A DNA stretch of 64,000 nt from an uncultured Gemmatimonadales bacterium (GTDB lineage Bacteria; Gemmatimonadota; Gemmatimonadetes; Gemmatimonadales; Gemmatimonadaceae). The position numbers and the translations under genes were made by a program. Below the pieces are notes generated by a model. It worked only from the letters and a program-made list of their open reading frames with translations. It made no database searches and was not told where the DNA came from. The DNA lies in NCBI GenBank assembly GCA_963850905.1, contig CAWKMU010000003.1, forward strand, positions 3,488,001 through 3,552,000, given 5' to 3'. Shown here one piece after another: positions 19,960 through 33,868 of the stretch (position 1 is the stretch's first letter; every line of letters starts with the position of its first letter).

Positions 19960-20262
19960 ATGATCGCTCTCGCCACGACCGGCGACGTACCGGCCCTCGT
20001 ACGGCATGTCGTTCTCCGCAACATGGCCAACGCGGACCGGGACACCCGCAGTCAGGACCTGGTGCACCGCTGCGCCTCGACGGCGCGTCGTGACGGTCTA
20101 CGACCCGAGCAGCTTCTCGTGGCGATCCGGGACGCGTGGAGGGCCGAGCCAGCGAGACAGGAGACCGCGCCGGAGGATTATGACCGTCTGTTGACGACTT
20201 TGATCAACGCGGTTCTCAATGCCTATTACGCGAAGGACGCGGGCGCGCCGATAGGAAGTTGA
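19960..20262 (+). CDS. Small helical hypothetical protein (RRDGLRPEQLL...AYY type)
   Basis: Purine-rich RBS, amphipathic helices, pattern shared with 26147-26566. Confidence 0.65.
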   Translation: MIALATTGDVPALVRHVVLRNMANADRDTRSQDLVHRCASTARRDGLRPEQLLVAIRDAWRAEPARQETAPEDYDRLLTTLINAVLNAYYAKDAGAPIGS

Positions 20263-20292
20263 CCTTCCCCGTGACCGGCGCCCGAGCAAGCG

Positions 20293-23853
<3,561 letters not shown>

Positions 23854-24071
23854 CTCATTGGCCTCCGAGCAACACCGCTCGAATTGTGGAAGCACGTTGT
23901 GAGACCCGGCCTTCGGTCACGCTACACGGTGACGGCTGATTCTAAGTGCCGGTCGGTCGCCCAGCCAGAGGACACGGGTAAACTGCCCCGGTCGGTAGCG
24001 CGAATCCGCGGCCAAGTCCGACCGGACCGTGGAGACCGCGTCGCGACGAACTCCGGATTTGGTGATTGGAG

Positions 24072-25238
24072 CGGTGAGTTCAACGACTGGTTGCAACAGT
24101 TTCGGCCAACTTCTCTGCCGGCGTCATGAAGCCGAGCGTTTTGCGCGGCCGCGTATTGAGCTTGAGCGCGATGGCGTTGAGCTGCGCTTGCGTGAACGTC
24201 GAGAGATCGGTGCCCTTGGGCAAGTATTGCCGCAGGAGCCCGTTCGTGTTCTCGTTGGTCCCCCGTTGCCACGGACTGTGCGGATCGCAGAAATACACCA
24301 CGACGTCCGTGGCGACGGTGAAGCGCTGGTGCTCAGCCATCTCGAGCCCCCGGTCCCACGTCAGCGACGCCATGAGCCCCTCCGGCAAGCGCCGCACGTG
24401 CCGCGTGAGCGCGCGGGTCACCGTCGGCGCATTCCACTGGGCGATCTTGATGAGCTGGACGAAGCGCGACTGCCGCTCGACCAACGTCGCGACGTGGCTC
24501 CGCCGGGCCGCCCCGGCCAAGAGGTCCCCCTCCCAGTGCCCGGGCACTGCCCGATCCGCTACGCTCGCCGGCCGCGCCGCGATCGGGACGGCGGCGGGGA
24601 TCTGGGCCCGCGATTGCCGGTGGGTCGAGTAGCGCCGACTCCGGCGCACCGCGTGCGACCGCCTGAGGTGCGCGAGGAGTTCCTTCTTCAGCGCGCCCCG
24701 CGCCTGGACATACAGCGTGCGATAGATCGTCTCGTGCGACACGTGCATGGCCGGGTTCCGAGGGTACGTGCGCTGGAGCCACCCCGCAATCTGGGCCGGC
24801 GACCAGTCCCGCTGCAGCTTCGCGGCGACGAGCGCACACAGCCGCGGCTCGCGCGCGAGGCGGCAGCACTTGGGCCGCGCGGTCGTGCGCCACATCCGGG
24901 CCTCCGCTCGCACGGCGCGATACTGGGTCCGTCCGCCATTGCGGGCCACCTCGCGACTGATCGTGGAGGCGGGGCGGCCGAGCTCGCGCGCAATCGCCCG
25001 GATCGCCTCCGCCGCGGCCACGCCGCGACTGATCTGCTCGCGCTCCGCGGTCGTCAATGCCCGCGCTGCGTAAGCGTGGACTCCCCGGCCTTCCACCGGG
25101 ACCACACTTCAGCTCTCTGCGCCGGTGACCACCCGTACTGCGGTGTGGCCTGATCTCGTGCCATTCCTCCACCTCCAATGAGTGCATGGTCAATCAACTC
25201 CAATCAACTACTGTTGCACTCACCGGTTGAACCGAAGG
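24072..25238 (-). mobile_element. IS30 family element (damaged)
   Basis: Imperfect IRs sharing GTTCAAC...TGCAACAG at 24078-24099 and 25211-25232; exact outer ends approximate. Confidence 0.8.
24080..25164 (-). pseudogene. IS30 transposase with N-terminal deletion/frameshift
   Basis: GHWEGDL, TWDRGLEM and PWQRGTNENTNGLLRQY are intact. The RBS-backed ATG at 25164 gives ...EVWSRWKAGES then stops, out of frame with ALTTAEREQISRG. Confidence 0.85.
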
Positions 25239-25424
25239 CTCTTTCTCCAAATGGTCTCCTCGCGCCCCGGCGGGACACGACCGACTCAGGGTGGGAGGGG
25301 ATCCAGCCGGGCGACGAATCCAGTCGCATCCATGCTCCCGTGCAGACGGCAAACGGGCGCCTGCCTCGATCCTGAACACCCGTTCACCGTTGGTGGCGCC
25401 GGTGAAAGGCCGAACGCCAACTGC

Positions 25425-25826
25425 TCAGGAAGCGAGCAGCGCGACGCGCAGCGTGTCGCGGAGCCGGCCCAGTCGGAGCGGGCAGCCGAACGCCGCCAGA
25501 TTGTGGGGCGCCGCCAATCGTCGGACTTCGAGTTCGTGGCGGCTCGGACTGAACGCTACGATCGCTGCGCCGGCACGCCGAGCCCGTTCGATGAACTCAG
25601 GGGAAAATCCCTCAGGGTGGTCGACGTCGACGAGTACGAGCCGCGGACGGTGGTTGTCAAGGATGGTAGTGAGTGGTTCGGTGCCAACCCTGATCCGAAC
25701 CTGATAGCCATCGTACGCGAGAAACTCACCCAGGATCGCTGCAATTTCCGATTGGGTGGAGATTACCACGGCAACGAGCAATTCGGGCTGCGGGCTCAAT
25801 TCGCGTAAGGCAGAGGGACGGAGCAT
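25425..25826 (-). CDS. Single-domain response-regulator receiver-like protein (divergent)
   Basis: ILGEFLAYDGYQV...RPRLVLVDVD receiver pattern; the first acidic pair and the conserved Lys look degenerate. Confidence 0.6.
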   Translation of the reverse strand: MLRPSALRELSPQPELLVAVVISTQSEIAAILGEFLAYDGYQVRIRVGTEPLTTILDNHRPRLVLVDVDHPEGFSPEFIERARRAGAAIVAFSPSRHELEVRRLAAPHNLAAFGCPLRLGRLRDTLRVALLAS

Positions 25827-26146
25827 TGGACAGGGCTGGCCGCCTCTGGCATGCCGATCGCCGAGCGTCGCATAGGGCCTCGTGGCCTACAGTATGCTTG
25901 CTCCCGGTAGTGACGCCAGTCAAACAACCGACCTGCTATGGGAACGAGCAAACCTCGTACTCACCCGCTCCAATAGGCCGGAGTACTCTGTCCGCAAATA
26001 CCAAATCGGCTCCGCACCGTCGCCCCAGCGCCGTGCGGGTACGCTCGCCGAAGAAACCGTCCTCTCGTGCACGACCGGGGACCGCCGCCCGTTGTCCCAC
26101 GGAAGTAAGCGTGTCCTTCGCCCACCGGCTACCAGAGTCTACCGTG

Positions 26147-26566
26147 ATGTCGCAACCAGTCGTGCCGATGAACACCGGTCCCTGCCCCCCAACGCCGGGC
26201 GAGGTGCCCCAGGCGGTCGATGCGGCGCTCGAGAGTCGCTCGGCCTTGCGTGCCGCCCAGGACCAGTGGAACCGGTGCGAGACCGACAGCGTGAGCTACC
26301 GTCGCATTGTCGGCGAGTACGAGCACCGACTCGCAGACTCACTGGGGGACCGGGTGCGGCTCCGGGAGGAGATGCGCGGGTTTGGCGCCTACTTGCGCAG
26401 GAGTGACGTCAAGGCCGCGCACATTGCACTCTGTGTGCACGAAGCGATGAGCGACGTGGCGGCGGCGTCCGATCTGTTTGATACGGGCGGCCTTGGCCAA
26501 GAAATGATCCAGTGGGCAATCGACGGCTACTACGGAAATGGTGATACAACGGACTCGCCATCATGA
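26147..26566 (+). CDS. Small helical hypothetical protein ending ...MIQWAIDGYY
   Basis: Coiled-coil-like N-half; C-half pattern similar to 19960-20262. Confidence 0.6.
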   Translation: MSQPVVPMNTGPCPPTPGEVPQAVDAALESRSALRAAQDQWNRCETDSVSYRRIVGEYEHRLADSLGDRVRLREEMRGFGAYLRRSDVKAAHIALCVHEAMSDVAAASDLFDTGGLGQEMIQWAIDGYYGNGDTTDSPS

Positions 26567-27009
26567 CGGGGACCCGCCCGTCACGACGGTCGATTCCATC
26601 CCATCTCCCTGCGCCTCTGATCCGCCAGTTCGTCGCGCTTGGATCGACGCTCACCCGGGCGCCGGTGCGCTCAATCCACCAGCGCATCGTGCGACCAATG
26701 ATCGCCACAGCTGACGGCTCATTGTACCACCGCCCGATCTCGTAGTCGCGAGCTCGCCCGCCGTGTACGCGGCATCGCAGCACAATCCCAGTCGGCCCAT
26801 CCGTGGGCGGCGGGATCGTGAAGCGATGCCCGTCATCTGCCCCCAAACGCAACGGGCCACGTGATGCCGCGGACGCGGTTGTAGGCTCGCATATCGTTGT
26901 GAGAGACGCTATCGCAGCGAGGATTAGTCGCGCCAGGGTGCTGGCAGCGATGACGCTTCCGACTTGGCGTCCGCGAAGTAAGCGTCGAGCGCGGTGCCGA
27001 TGAGCGCTC

Positions 27010-27474
27010 ATGGCGGGGACGGGCATGGAGTACAGCGCGGCGGCGCGCGTCCGCCGGCGCGATGTCGATCTTGAGGCCCGCGTGGTGTTCGCCAACGGCG
27101 AGAAAAACGAGTACCGAACGCGCTACGTCGAAGTGACAGAAGACTGGGCGTGGCAGATCATCGAAGCGCACGCCAAGGGATTCTCGCCAAACGCTCCGCT
27201 CTTTCCCGGAATCCGCGAAGAGGCGGCTCTAGTCGAGCACCATCGCGCTGCGAAGGCGCTGGGGCTGCCGAGAACGACGCTCCACCACCACCGACACTCG
27301 TTTGCCGTCATGCAGCTGCGGCGTGGCCGCGACAATCAGTGGCTTAAGAACCAACTCGGGCACGCCCCGCAATCGACGCTGCTCTACACGACTTACGGGC
27401 TCTATATCCAGGCGGCGAAGCTCACCGAACAGCAACTCGCGCGGCAGGGTGGCCGAAGCGCGACCAGGCAATAA
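27010..27474 (+). pseudogene. Tyrosine integrase, catalytic domain only
   Basis: HHHRHSFA, QLGH and TTYG motifs; in-frame TGA at 27001-27003 directly upstream; box I reads GTGME. Confidence 0.85.
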
Positions 27475-27486
27475 TCGGCCAAGCGT

Positions 27487-27507
27487 TGGTCATACTTCTG
27501 GTCATAC
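27487..27507 (+). repeat. Paired TGGTCATAC direct repeats (putative integrase arm sites)
   Basis: Copies at 27487 and 27499, between the integrase stop and the tRNA. Confidence 0.8.
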
Positions 27508-27547
27508 ACGACCGAGAAGTGACGTGAGGCCAAATGTCGTAAGTCTA

Positions 27548-27633
27548 TGCCGAGGGCGAGACTCGAACTCGCAAGGGAGTTGCCTCCCGGGGGATTTTGA
27601 GTCCCCTGCGTCTACCAATTCCGCCACCCCGGC
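27548..27633 (-). tRNA. tRNA-Leu(CAA)
   Basis: GCCGGGGTGGCGGAATTGGTAGACGCAGGGGACT-CAA-AATCCCC, long variable arm, GTTCGAGTC T-loop, discriminator A; CCA not encoded. Confidence 0.96.
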
Positions 27634-27644
27634 TGGGGAGGCTC

Positions 27645-27673
27645 AATGTAGCCCCAGCGAGCATGTGACTCAA
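27645..27673 (-). promoter_or_regulatory. Sigma70-type promoter of tRNA-Leu
   Basis: TTGAGT-N17-TACATT just upstream of the tRNA 5' end. Confidence 0.6.
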
Positions 27674-27803
27674 CCAGACGAAGGTGCTAAGAAACGACCG
27701 CGCCCGACGCAACCGGGTTGCGTGACCTCGGAAACCAGACATGGTCCGAGACCAGAAGCCTGCGCTCTTGACCGCCGCTGCACCAAAGCCAATGGTCACC
27801 GCA

Positions 27804-28334
27804 ATGCTAGCATTCACCATTCGCCGAGCGACAGCCGAAGACGCCGCCGCCATCGCGGACGTGCACGGGGACGCCGTTCGGAGTCTCGGCGCCGCACACT
27901 ATCCGGCAGAGATCATCGCCGAATGGGGCGCGCCACGACCCCCCAAGCGCGTGCGCGATGCCATGGACCGCGGCGGCGTCTTCTTCGTCGCCACCAACTC
28001 GGAGGCACCGGGCGTCGAGTCCGTGCTCGGATTCTCGTCGTACGCCGTCGAAGCCGACATGCATCGCATCGCCGTGTACGTGCGGGGCTCCGCCGCGCGG
28101 CGCGGCGTGGGACGCGCGGTCTATGCCGCCGGAGAATCGGTCGCGCACGCCGCCGGCGCACAGGCCATCCACATCGAAGCCGCACTGGGCGCCATTCCGT
28201 TTTGGACTGCCCTGGGGTTCGAGACGCTGGACCGGTTCGACCACGCCCTTCCAAGTGGCCGTTTCATGCCCTCCGTCCGAATGCAGAAGTCCCTCGTCCC
28301 CAGGCCGGACGCGCCCCCGGCACCCAGCGTGTGA
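27804..28334 (+). CDS. GNAT family N-acetyltransferase
   Basis: IRRATAEDAAAI; YVRGSAARRGVGR acetyl-CoA motif; AIPFWTALGF. Start uncertain. Confidence 0.88.
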   Translation: MLAFTIRRATAEDAAAIADVHGDAVRSLGAAHYPAEIIAEWGAPRPPKRVRDAMDRGGVFFVATNSEAPGVESVLGFSSYAVEADMHRIAVYVRGSAARRGVGRAVYAAGESVAHAAGAQAIHIEAALGAIPFWTALGFETLDRFDHALPSGRFMPSVRMQKSLVPRPDAPPAPSV

Positions 28335-28369
28335 GACTTTGAGCCCAGTCCGACGGTACCACTGGTACC

Positions 28370-29962
28370 ATGACGCTCTCCACCACTCCGACGACCATCG
28401 CCGGCCACCAGCCCGCGCCCACCGGGCCCACCGATCGCGTCAGCTTCTTCGCCGAACAAGCACGCAATCGTCGCGCGAGCTGGGTGTTCGGCGCCCTCTC
28501 GGCCATTGCCGTCACCATCACCGGCATCCCACTCAGCGTCCTCGCCGCGCCCCTGCTCTACGTCATGGTCATGCCGTTGGGCCTCGTCATGACGGCGATG
28601 TTCCCGCACTCGGCGTGGTCACTCTTGCTCGTTCTGCCGGCGACCATTTTCCCGCTGCTCGTCGGAGCCCGATCCAATACGGCACACATGACGTTCACGA
28701 GTCCGCAGGGAGTCGTCGCGCTCCACGGCACGGCACTACTCGCGATTGCAACGGGTCTCGCGGTACTGCCTGGCGCAGTGATGTTCCTGCTGATCTGGCT
28801 CGTCGTGCGCGCCGTGCTTCGCCGCGCGGGCACGCGAGCGATCCTCGCGACGGTCGGCGCCCGCAACGCCGACCCGAACGACAGTGAGGAGCGGCAGTTC
28901 ACGGATGTCGTCGAGGAGATGGCCGTGGCCGCTGGTATTCCCACGCCCCGCGTCGTCGTGATCGATGGCAAAACGGCCGGCGACGCTGCGAACGCCGCCA
29001 CGGTCGGATGGTCCGTCAACGATACGACGGTCGTCGTGACCCGGCCGCTCCTCGACACGCTGACCCGCGATGAGCTCCAGGCAATGATCGGACGCGTCGT
29101 GGCGTCCATTGGGAACGGTGATCTCACGATCGCGTTCCGCATGCTGTCGATCTTCCAGACCGTACGCATCATCCAGTTCGCCCTCTTCGGCGTCTCGCGT
29201 GCGCGCACGCTGCAAGTCTTCCGGCGCTGTGTGCGAGTCGCACTGAGACGCCACCCTCCAGCGACGGACGCCGAGCGGTCCGATGAGCAGTCTGTCGCGA
29301 CCGACCTGCTCGCCGTCGGAAGCTTCCGAGCGACCTTGGACCAAGCGATCGGACACGCCTCGCTCATCGGGTGCCTGCTGGCCCCGATTCTGTTCCCGCT
29401 CCGCTTCACGGCCTGGACCATTGGCTTCATCATCTCGACGTCGGAGTACCTGCTAACCGGGCCGCTCGTCGATGCTGCCCTGCGCCGACGAGAACTGCTA
29501 TCGGACGCAACCGCCGTCCGGTTCACGCGCAATCCTGACGGGCTGGCAAGCGCACTGGAACGACTCCGCGGGGTCGAAACGGTGGTGCCTCGAGCCGACA
29601 ATCTGTCCAGTCTGTTCGCCGTGTGGTGGCCCGTAACACTGGCAGACAAAAACGCACCGGTCGTGCTCTTCGCCCGGAAGCCACACGCGACAGCCCAGCG
29701 ACGGCTGGCGCAGCTCATCGCCATGGGCGCACACCCGGACGCGGGGGGCCGTCCATCCATGACACCGGCGCATGCGTTTGTGTCGACACCGGCTCCCACG
29801 TTTGACGCGTCAACGATCGCCTCTACGTTCCTCGGGTTCGCGCTCTTTCAAGTCGTCTGGGTGATGATGTGGGTGGCGATGTGGCTCACGAGCTTCGAGC
29901 TCTTCTTGCTGGGGTTCCTCGGCGTGTGGATCGCGCAACGCCTGGCGATGGGGCCCCATTGA
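28370..29962 (+). CDS. M48/HtpX-like membrane protein lacking HExxH
   Basis: [61 protein letters not shown]. Confidence 0.8.
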   Translation: MTLSTTPTTIAGHQPAPTGPTDRVSFFAEQARNRRASWVFGALSAIAVTITGIPLSVLAAPLLYVMVMPLGLVMTAMFPHSAWSLLLVLPATIFPLLVGARSNTAHMTFTSPQGVVALHGTALLAIATGLAVLPGAVMFLLIWLVVRAVLRRAGTRAILATVGARNADPNDSEERQFTDVVEEMAVAAGIPTPRVVVIDGKTAGDAANAATVGWSVNDTTVVVTRPLLDTLTRDELQAMIGRVVASIGNGDLTIAFRMLSIFQTVRIIQFALFGVSRARTLQVFRRCVRVALRRHPPATDAERSDEQSVATDLLAVGSFRATLDQAIGHASLIGCLLAPILFPLRFTAWTIGFIISTSEYLLTGPLVDAALRRRELLSDATAVRFTRNPDGLASALERLRGVETVVPRADNLSSLFAVWWPVTLADKNAPVVLFARKPHATAQRRLAQLIAMGAHPDAGGRPSMTPAHAFVSTPAPTFDASTIASTFLGFALFQVVWVMMWVAMWLTSFELFLLGFLGVWIAQRLAMGPH

Positions 29963-30144
29963 GGCGCCGCGTCCCGCGAGAGTGGACGGAGATGTCGGAC
30001 CCGACCGTGCAGGATTGGCGAAATCGGGGGCAGACCGATACCGCTCGACTCAATGCGATCGGTGCGGCGCGGTTGACGGACGCCGTGCACTCACCCATCG
30101 TGCAAAACCCTGCACCTGCATCCGGGCGAATCGGAGGAGGCCCC

Positions 30145-31524
30145 ATGCCGACCAGCGATTTCGGCGCCACCACGGTGACACCTCGATCGAGCGCCACAAT
30201 GTCACAACTCCCCGACCGCATTACCGTCTCGAGCGGGACGCCGTGGGAACCGCTTGTTGGTTATGCGCGCGCCGTGCGCGTGGGGCGGCACGTGCACGTC
30301 TCCGGAACCACGGCGACCGCCACGGACGGCACACTCGTCGGCAAGGGCGATCCGTACGCGCAGACAGTGCAAGCGCTCGCGAATATTCGCAGCGCGCTCG
30401 AGCAGGCCGGTGCGTCACTCAAGGATGTGGTCCGCACGCGGATCTATGTGACCAACATCGAGAACTGGGAGCGCGTGGGCCGGGCACACGGCGAGGTGTT
30501 CGGCGACATTCGGCCGACCGCGACCATGGTCGAGGTGCAGCGATTGATCGACCCCGCGATGCTGGTCGAGATCGAAGCAGAGGCGTACGTGGCCCCGGGT
30601 CTCGCCGACGCGACGGCGCCCACGACGTTCAACGCGGAGCGCTGGCCCGCGTTGCCCCTCGCCGCGTGGCGCGACACGTACGAGACGCTGCACATGTGGA
30701 CGCAGATCATCGGCAAGACGCGACTCGCGCTCGCCGCTCCCGTCAACCATTGGTGGCACGTCGCGCTCTACGTCACACCCGCAGGCCTCTCGACATCCGC
30801 GATGCCGTTCGACGGCGGTGCAGTCGACATCGAGTTCGACTTTCTGCGACACGCCCTCCACATCCGCACGAGTACCGGTGCAGCACGCTCCCTCGCACTT
30901 GCGCCCCGATCCGTCGCGGATTTCTACGTCGAGTACATGACCGCGCTCCGTGAGCTCGGGATCGGTGCGCAGATCTGGCCCAGAGCGGTCGAGGTGCCGG
31001 ACCCCGTGTCCTTCCTGCAGGACCATCGCCACACGTCGTACGACCCGGAGTCAGCGCGCCGACTCCATCGCGTGCTGGTCGAGTCGGATCGGGTGTTCAG
31101 TACCTTCCGCGGTCAGTTCATCGGCAAGTCGAGCCCCGTGCATTTCTTCTGGGGCAGCTTCGATCTCTGCGTCACCCGCTTCTCGGGACGACGCGCGCCC
31201 CCACGGCCCGGCGCCGACCGGATCACGCGCGAGGGCTATTCGCACGAGGAGATCAGCGTCGGCTTCTGGCCCGGCAGCGGTCCCGTGCAAGAACCCGCAT
31301 TCTACGGCTACGCCTCGCCGGAGCCCCCCGGCTTCTCATCCGCCACGCTGCGCCCGAGTGCCGCCTATTACCACCGCGAGCTGGGCGAGTTCATTCTGCC
31401 ATACGAGGCCGTTCGCGCCGCCGACTCTCCGGACGACACACTCCTCGACTTCATCGAGTCAGCCTACGACGCCGGCGCAACCCTCGGTCGCTGGGACCGG
31501 ACGTCGTTGGAGCGGGAGGCCTGA
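30145..31524 (+). CDS. RidA-family domain fused to a DUF5996-like domain
   Basis: [18 protein letters not shown]...LVEIEAEA followed in frame by [25 protein letters not shown]...[17 protein letters not shown] before ATG 30145; alternative start 30199. Confidence 0.85.
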   Translation: MPTSDFGATTVTPRSSATMSQLPDRITVSSGTPWEPLVGYARAVRVGRHVHVSGTTATATDGTLVGKGDPYAQTVQALANIRSALEQAGASLKDVVRTRIYVTNIENWERVGRAHGEVFGDIRPTATMVEVQRLIDPAMLVEIEAEAYVAPGLADATAPTTFNAERWPALPLAAWRDTYETLHMWTQIIGKTRLALAAPVNHWWHVALYVTPAGLSTSAMPFDGGAVDIEFDFLRHALHIRTSTGAARSLALAPRSVADFYVEYMTALRELGIGAQIWPRAVEVPDPVSFLQDHRHTSYDPESARRLHRVLVESDRVFSTFRGQFIGKSSPVHFFWGSFDLCVTRFSGRRAPPRPGADRITREGYSHEEISVGFWPGSGPVQEPAFYGYASPEPPGFSSATLRPSAAYYHRELGEFILPYEAVRAADSPDDTLLDFIESAYDAGATLGRWDRTSLEREA

Positions 31525-31538
31525 GAACTGAGGGAACG

Positions 31539-31697
31539 GGGGTCTGGGGTCTGGGGTCTGGGGTCTGGGAACAAATCGAAAGGCCGATCACGGTGCACGG
31601 TGAACGGCCTTGGACCGGTAGGGGCAACGCTTTGCGTCGCCCGCCGTTGTCGTTGCAGTTGTCGTTACCAGACCCCAGACCCCAAACCCCAGACCCC
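31539..31697. repeat. Inverted pair of (GGGGTYT)4 heptamer tracts enclosing a GTAG REP-like hairpin
   Basis: (GGGGTCT)4 at 31539-31566, (ARACCCC)4 at 31670-31697, GTAGGGGCAACGC-TTT-GCGTCGCCC at 31618-31642. Confidence 0.9.
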
Positions 31698-31701
31698 GCT
31701 G

Positions 31702-32373
31702 TTACGGCGTCTGCATCCCACCCTGCATCATCTGCTGCCTCTGCCGCATCGCCTCGACACGCCGGCGCAGCTGCTCCTGCAAGGCGTAGTAACGCACCCG
31801 CTGCGAAGGCGTGAGGAACGTCGCAAGCTCGCGCTGCTCGGACTGCAGCATGTCGATGCGCTCGTGCTGCAACGCAAACAACGAGTCCACTAGCGTCCCG
31901 AGTCGATTCTCGTCCGGCGCAGCGCCGGGCCGCAACTCCGCGCGCATCGCCTGCCGGATCTGCCGCTCCCGCATCTGCAGGTCGCGTCGCTGCGGCGCGA
32001 ACCGCTGATTGGTCGCGCGGAGCCGCGCTACCTGCGCGTCGGTAAGCTGGAGTCGCTGCCGAACGATCCGCTCGAACTGCATCCGCAACCGCTGCTCGAG
32101 CTGTTGCCGCGGACCGCCGACAGGCGGTTGCCCCGCACCGAACTTCCGGCCGGCAAATGGGCGGCGCGGCGTGTTCGGCGCGTAAGGCTGCGGAGTCGCC
32201 GACGGCGCTGGCGGCGCCGCGCCGTTGTCAGGCGGTGCCGCGACGGTCTGCGCGGTCGCGAGTCGCGGTGTACCGACGAGGAGGACCGCGGCCAGTGCAC
32301 TCACGGCCGCAATAACCGCCGCATCGTGCACCCGGCCCAGGCGACCGGCCCGCCAACGGGACACGCCGTTCAC
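31702..32373 (-). CDS. Spy/CpxP-like periplasmic protein
   Basis: Signal peptide; LQLTDAQ and FLTPSQR (LTxxQ) motifs; third gene of the ECF operon. Confidence 0.75.
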   Translation of the reverse strand: MNGVSRWRAGRLGRVHDAAVIAAVSALAAVLLVGTPRLATAQTVAAPPDNGAAPPAPSATPQPYAPNTPRRPFAGRKFGAGQPPVGGPRQQLEQRLRMQFERIVRQRLQLTDAQVARLRATNQRFAPQRRDLQMRERQIRQAMRAELRPGAAPDENRLGTLVDSLFALQHERIDMLQSEQRELATFLTPSQRVRYYALQEQLRRRVEAMRQRQQMMQGGMQTP

Positions 32374-33140
32374 GGAGCCGTCTCCGCCGGCAGCGCCGGC
32401 ACGGCCGCGTCCGGATCAGCCGGCAACTGGTCGTCGAGACCGTTCATATCCTGTAGGAGCGACTGGACCTCGCCGTCGCTCAAGTCCGAGATGTCGCTCG
32501 CGACTGCAAGCCCCGGCCCTGCCTCTTCGGCCCCGCTGCCGTCTGTCGGATTCTGCGGACGCGTTGCGCTCGGCTGGGCAGGACCCTGACTGACGTCGCT
32601 CGGACGCGTCGCCGCCGGCGTTGTCGCTTGCGGAGCCACGGGCTGCGCCGGCGGCGCAACGGTCTGCACGACGGTGCTGTCAGCCACGGTGTTGATCAGT
32701 GGCGCTGACCCGAGGTGCCGGACCACTGCCACGGTCAGGCCGCCCACGGCCACCATCGCGACCGCGGCAATGCGCCACGCAGTCCAGTGTGATGCGTACG
32801 AACCCATTGGGCGTGAGCGCACACGCAGTCGCTCATCTCGTTGACCACCACCGGCGGCGGAGATACCCGCACGCACGGGCGCCGACGAGGACACGAGCGC
32901 GGGCTTGGCCTCGGCTGCGGCTGGCGGCTTCGGCAAAGCTGCCACGACCCGCGCCACGTCGATCGCGGGCACCCCGTGACTCATGACCCGACGGGCCGCG
33001 CTCAACAGCTCGAGCTCCCCCGCGCACGCCGGGCAGCTCGCCACATGCGACGCCACGCGCGTGCGCTCGGCGCCGCTCAATCGCTCGGCAGCCAGGTCCG
33101 GCAGCAAATCGCGCATTTCCGCATTCATACAGTCACTCAT
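32370..33140 (-). CDS. Zinc-finger (zf-HC2) anti-sigma factor
   Basis: HVASCPAC, one TM segment; overlaps the sigma gene end. Confidence 0.88.
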   Translation of the reverse strand: MSDCMNAEMRDLLPDLAAERLSGAERTRVASHVASCPACAGELELLSAARRVMSHGVPAIDVARVVAALPKPPAAAEAKPALVSSSAPVRAGISAAGGGQRDERLRVRSRPMGSYASHWTAWRIAAVAMVAVGGLTVAVVRHLGSAPLINTVADSTVVQTVAPPAQPVAPQATTPAATRPSDVSQGPAQPSATRPQNPTDGSGAEEAGPGLAVASDISDLSDGEVQSLLQDMNGLDDQLPADPDAAVPALPAETAP

Positions 33141-33732
33141 CGACTAACTCCTTGATTGCCCGGATCGCGTTGTGATAGTGCACGCGTGCCGCCCCTTCAG
33201 TCGTCCCCACAACGCCGGCAATCTCCTTGTACGACAATCCCTCCGTCACACGCAACATGAACACGTCCCGCTGCATGGGCGACAGGCGATCCAGGGCTCC
33301 GCGAATTCGAGCCTCAGTCTCCCCGGCAACCAACGAGTCGAGCGCCGTGTACTCTGTCGCCGCATCGCGCTCATCGATCTCATCGGCATCCGGTCGTCGC
33401 CGCGCTGCCCGCCTTCGATCCAGCAACAACCGTCGCTCGATCGTGAAGAGCCACGTGCGCAGTGAGCTCTCGCCACGAAACTCCGCGAGCGATTGAAAAG
33501 CTCGAACGAACGTGTCCTGAACCAACTCATCGATCTCTCCCCGATCCACGCTCGACGTCAAACTCGCCGCAAACCGCGCAAGCGCGGGGGCATGCCGCTC
33601 CACGAGCAGCGTCGCCGCCCGTTCGTCGCCTCCGAGCCACCGAGCCACGAGCGAGCGATCGACCGCGTCGTCCCCTTGTTCTCGCGGTTGACCCGGCGCC
33701 GGCCCTGCCGACCGCCGTGACGGCTCACTCAT
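33133..33732 (-). CDS. ECF RNA polymerase sigma factor
   Basis: ELVQDTFVRAF...LRTWLFTI (region 2); LSYKEIAGVVG (region 4). Confidence 0.93.
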   Translation of the reverse strand: MSEPSRRSAGPAPGQPREQGDDAVDRSLVARWLGGDERAATLLVERHAPALARFAASLTSSVDRGEIDELVQDTFVRAFQSLAEFRGESSLRTWLFTIERRLLLDRRRAARRRPDADEIDERDAATEYTALDSLVAGETEARIRGALDRLSPMQRDVFMLRVTEGLSYKEIAGVVGTTEGAARVHYHNAIRAIKELVDE

Positions 33733-33745
33733 TCCGTCGCACCTG

Positions 33746-33774
33746 TCTGACGCCGACTGCTGCCACTTGTTAAT
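33746..33774 (-). promoter_or_regulatory. Possible ECF autoregulatory promoter
   Basis: AAC-N16-CGTC upstream of the sigma start. Confidence 0.4.
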
Positions 33775-33868
33775 GACACGCAGGCGTCCTCAATAGAGGA
33801 CACCAGTGCGGAAGTGGCGCAGCCATGGAGGGTTCCGTGGGGGTCCTGGAAGGCCCATCTTGGCAGAC

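Noticed and set aside
26566..27000. Integrase N-terminus or a minus-strand gene (26409-27095)
   Set aside because: No integrase-like sequence upstream of the TGA at 27001. The minus ORF overlaps two better-supported genes and has no recognisable motif.
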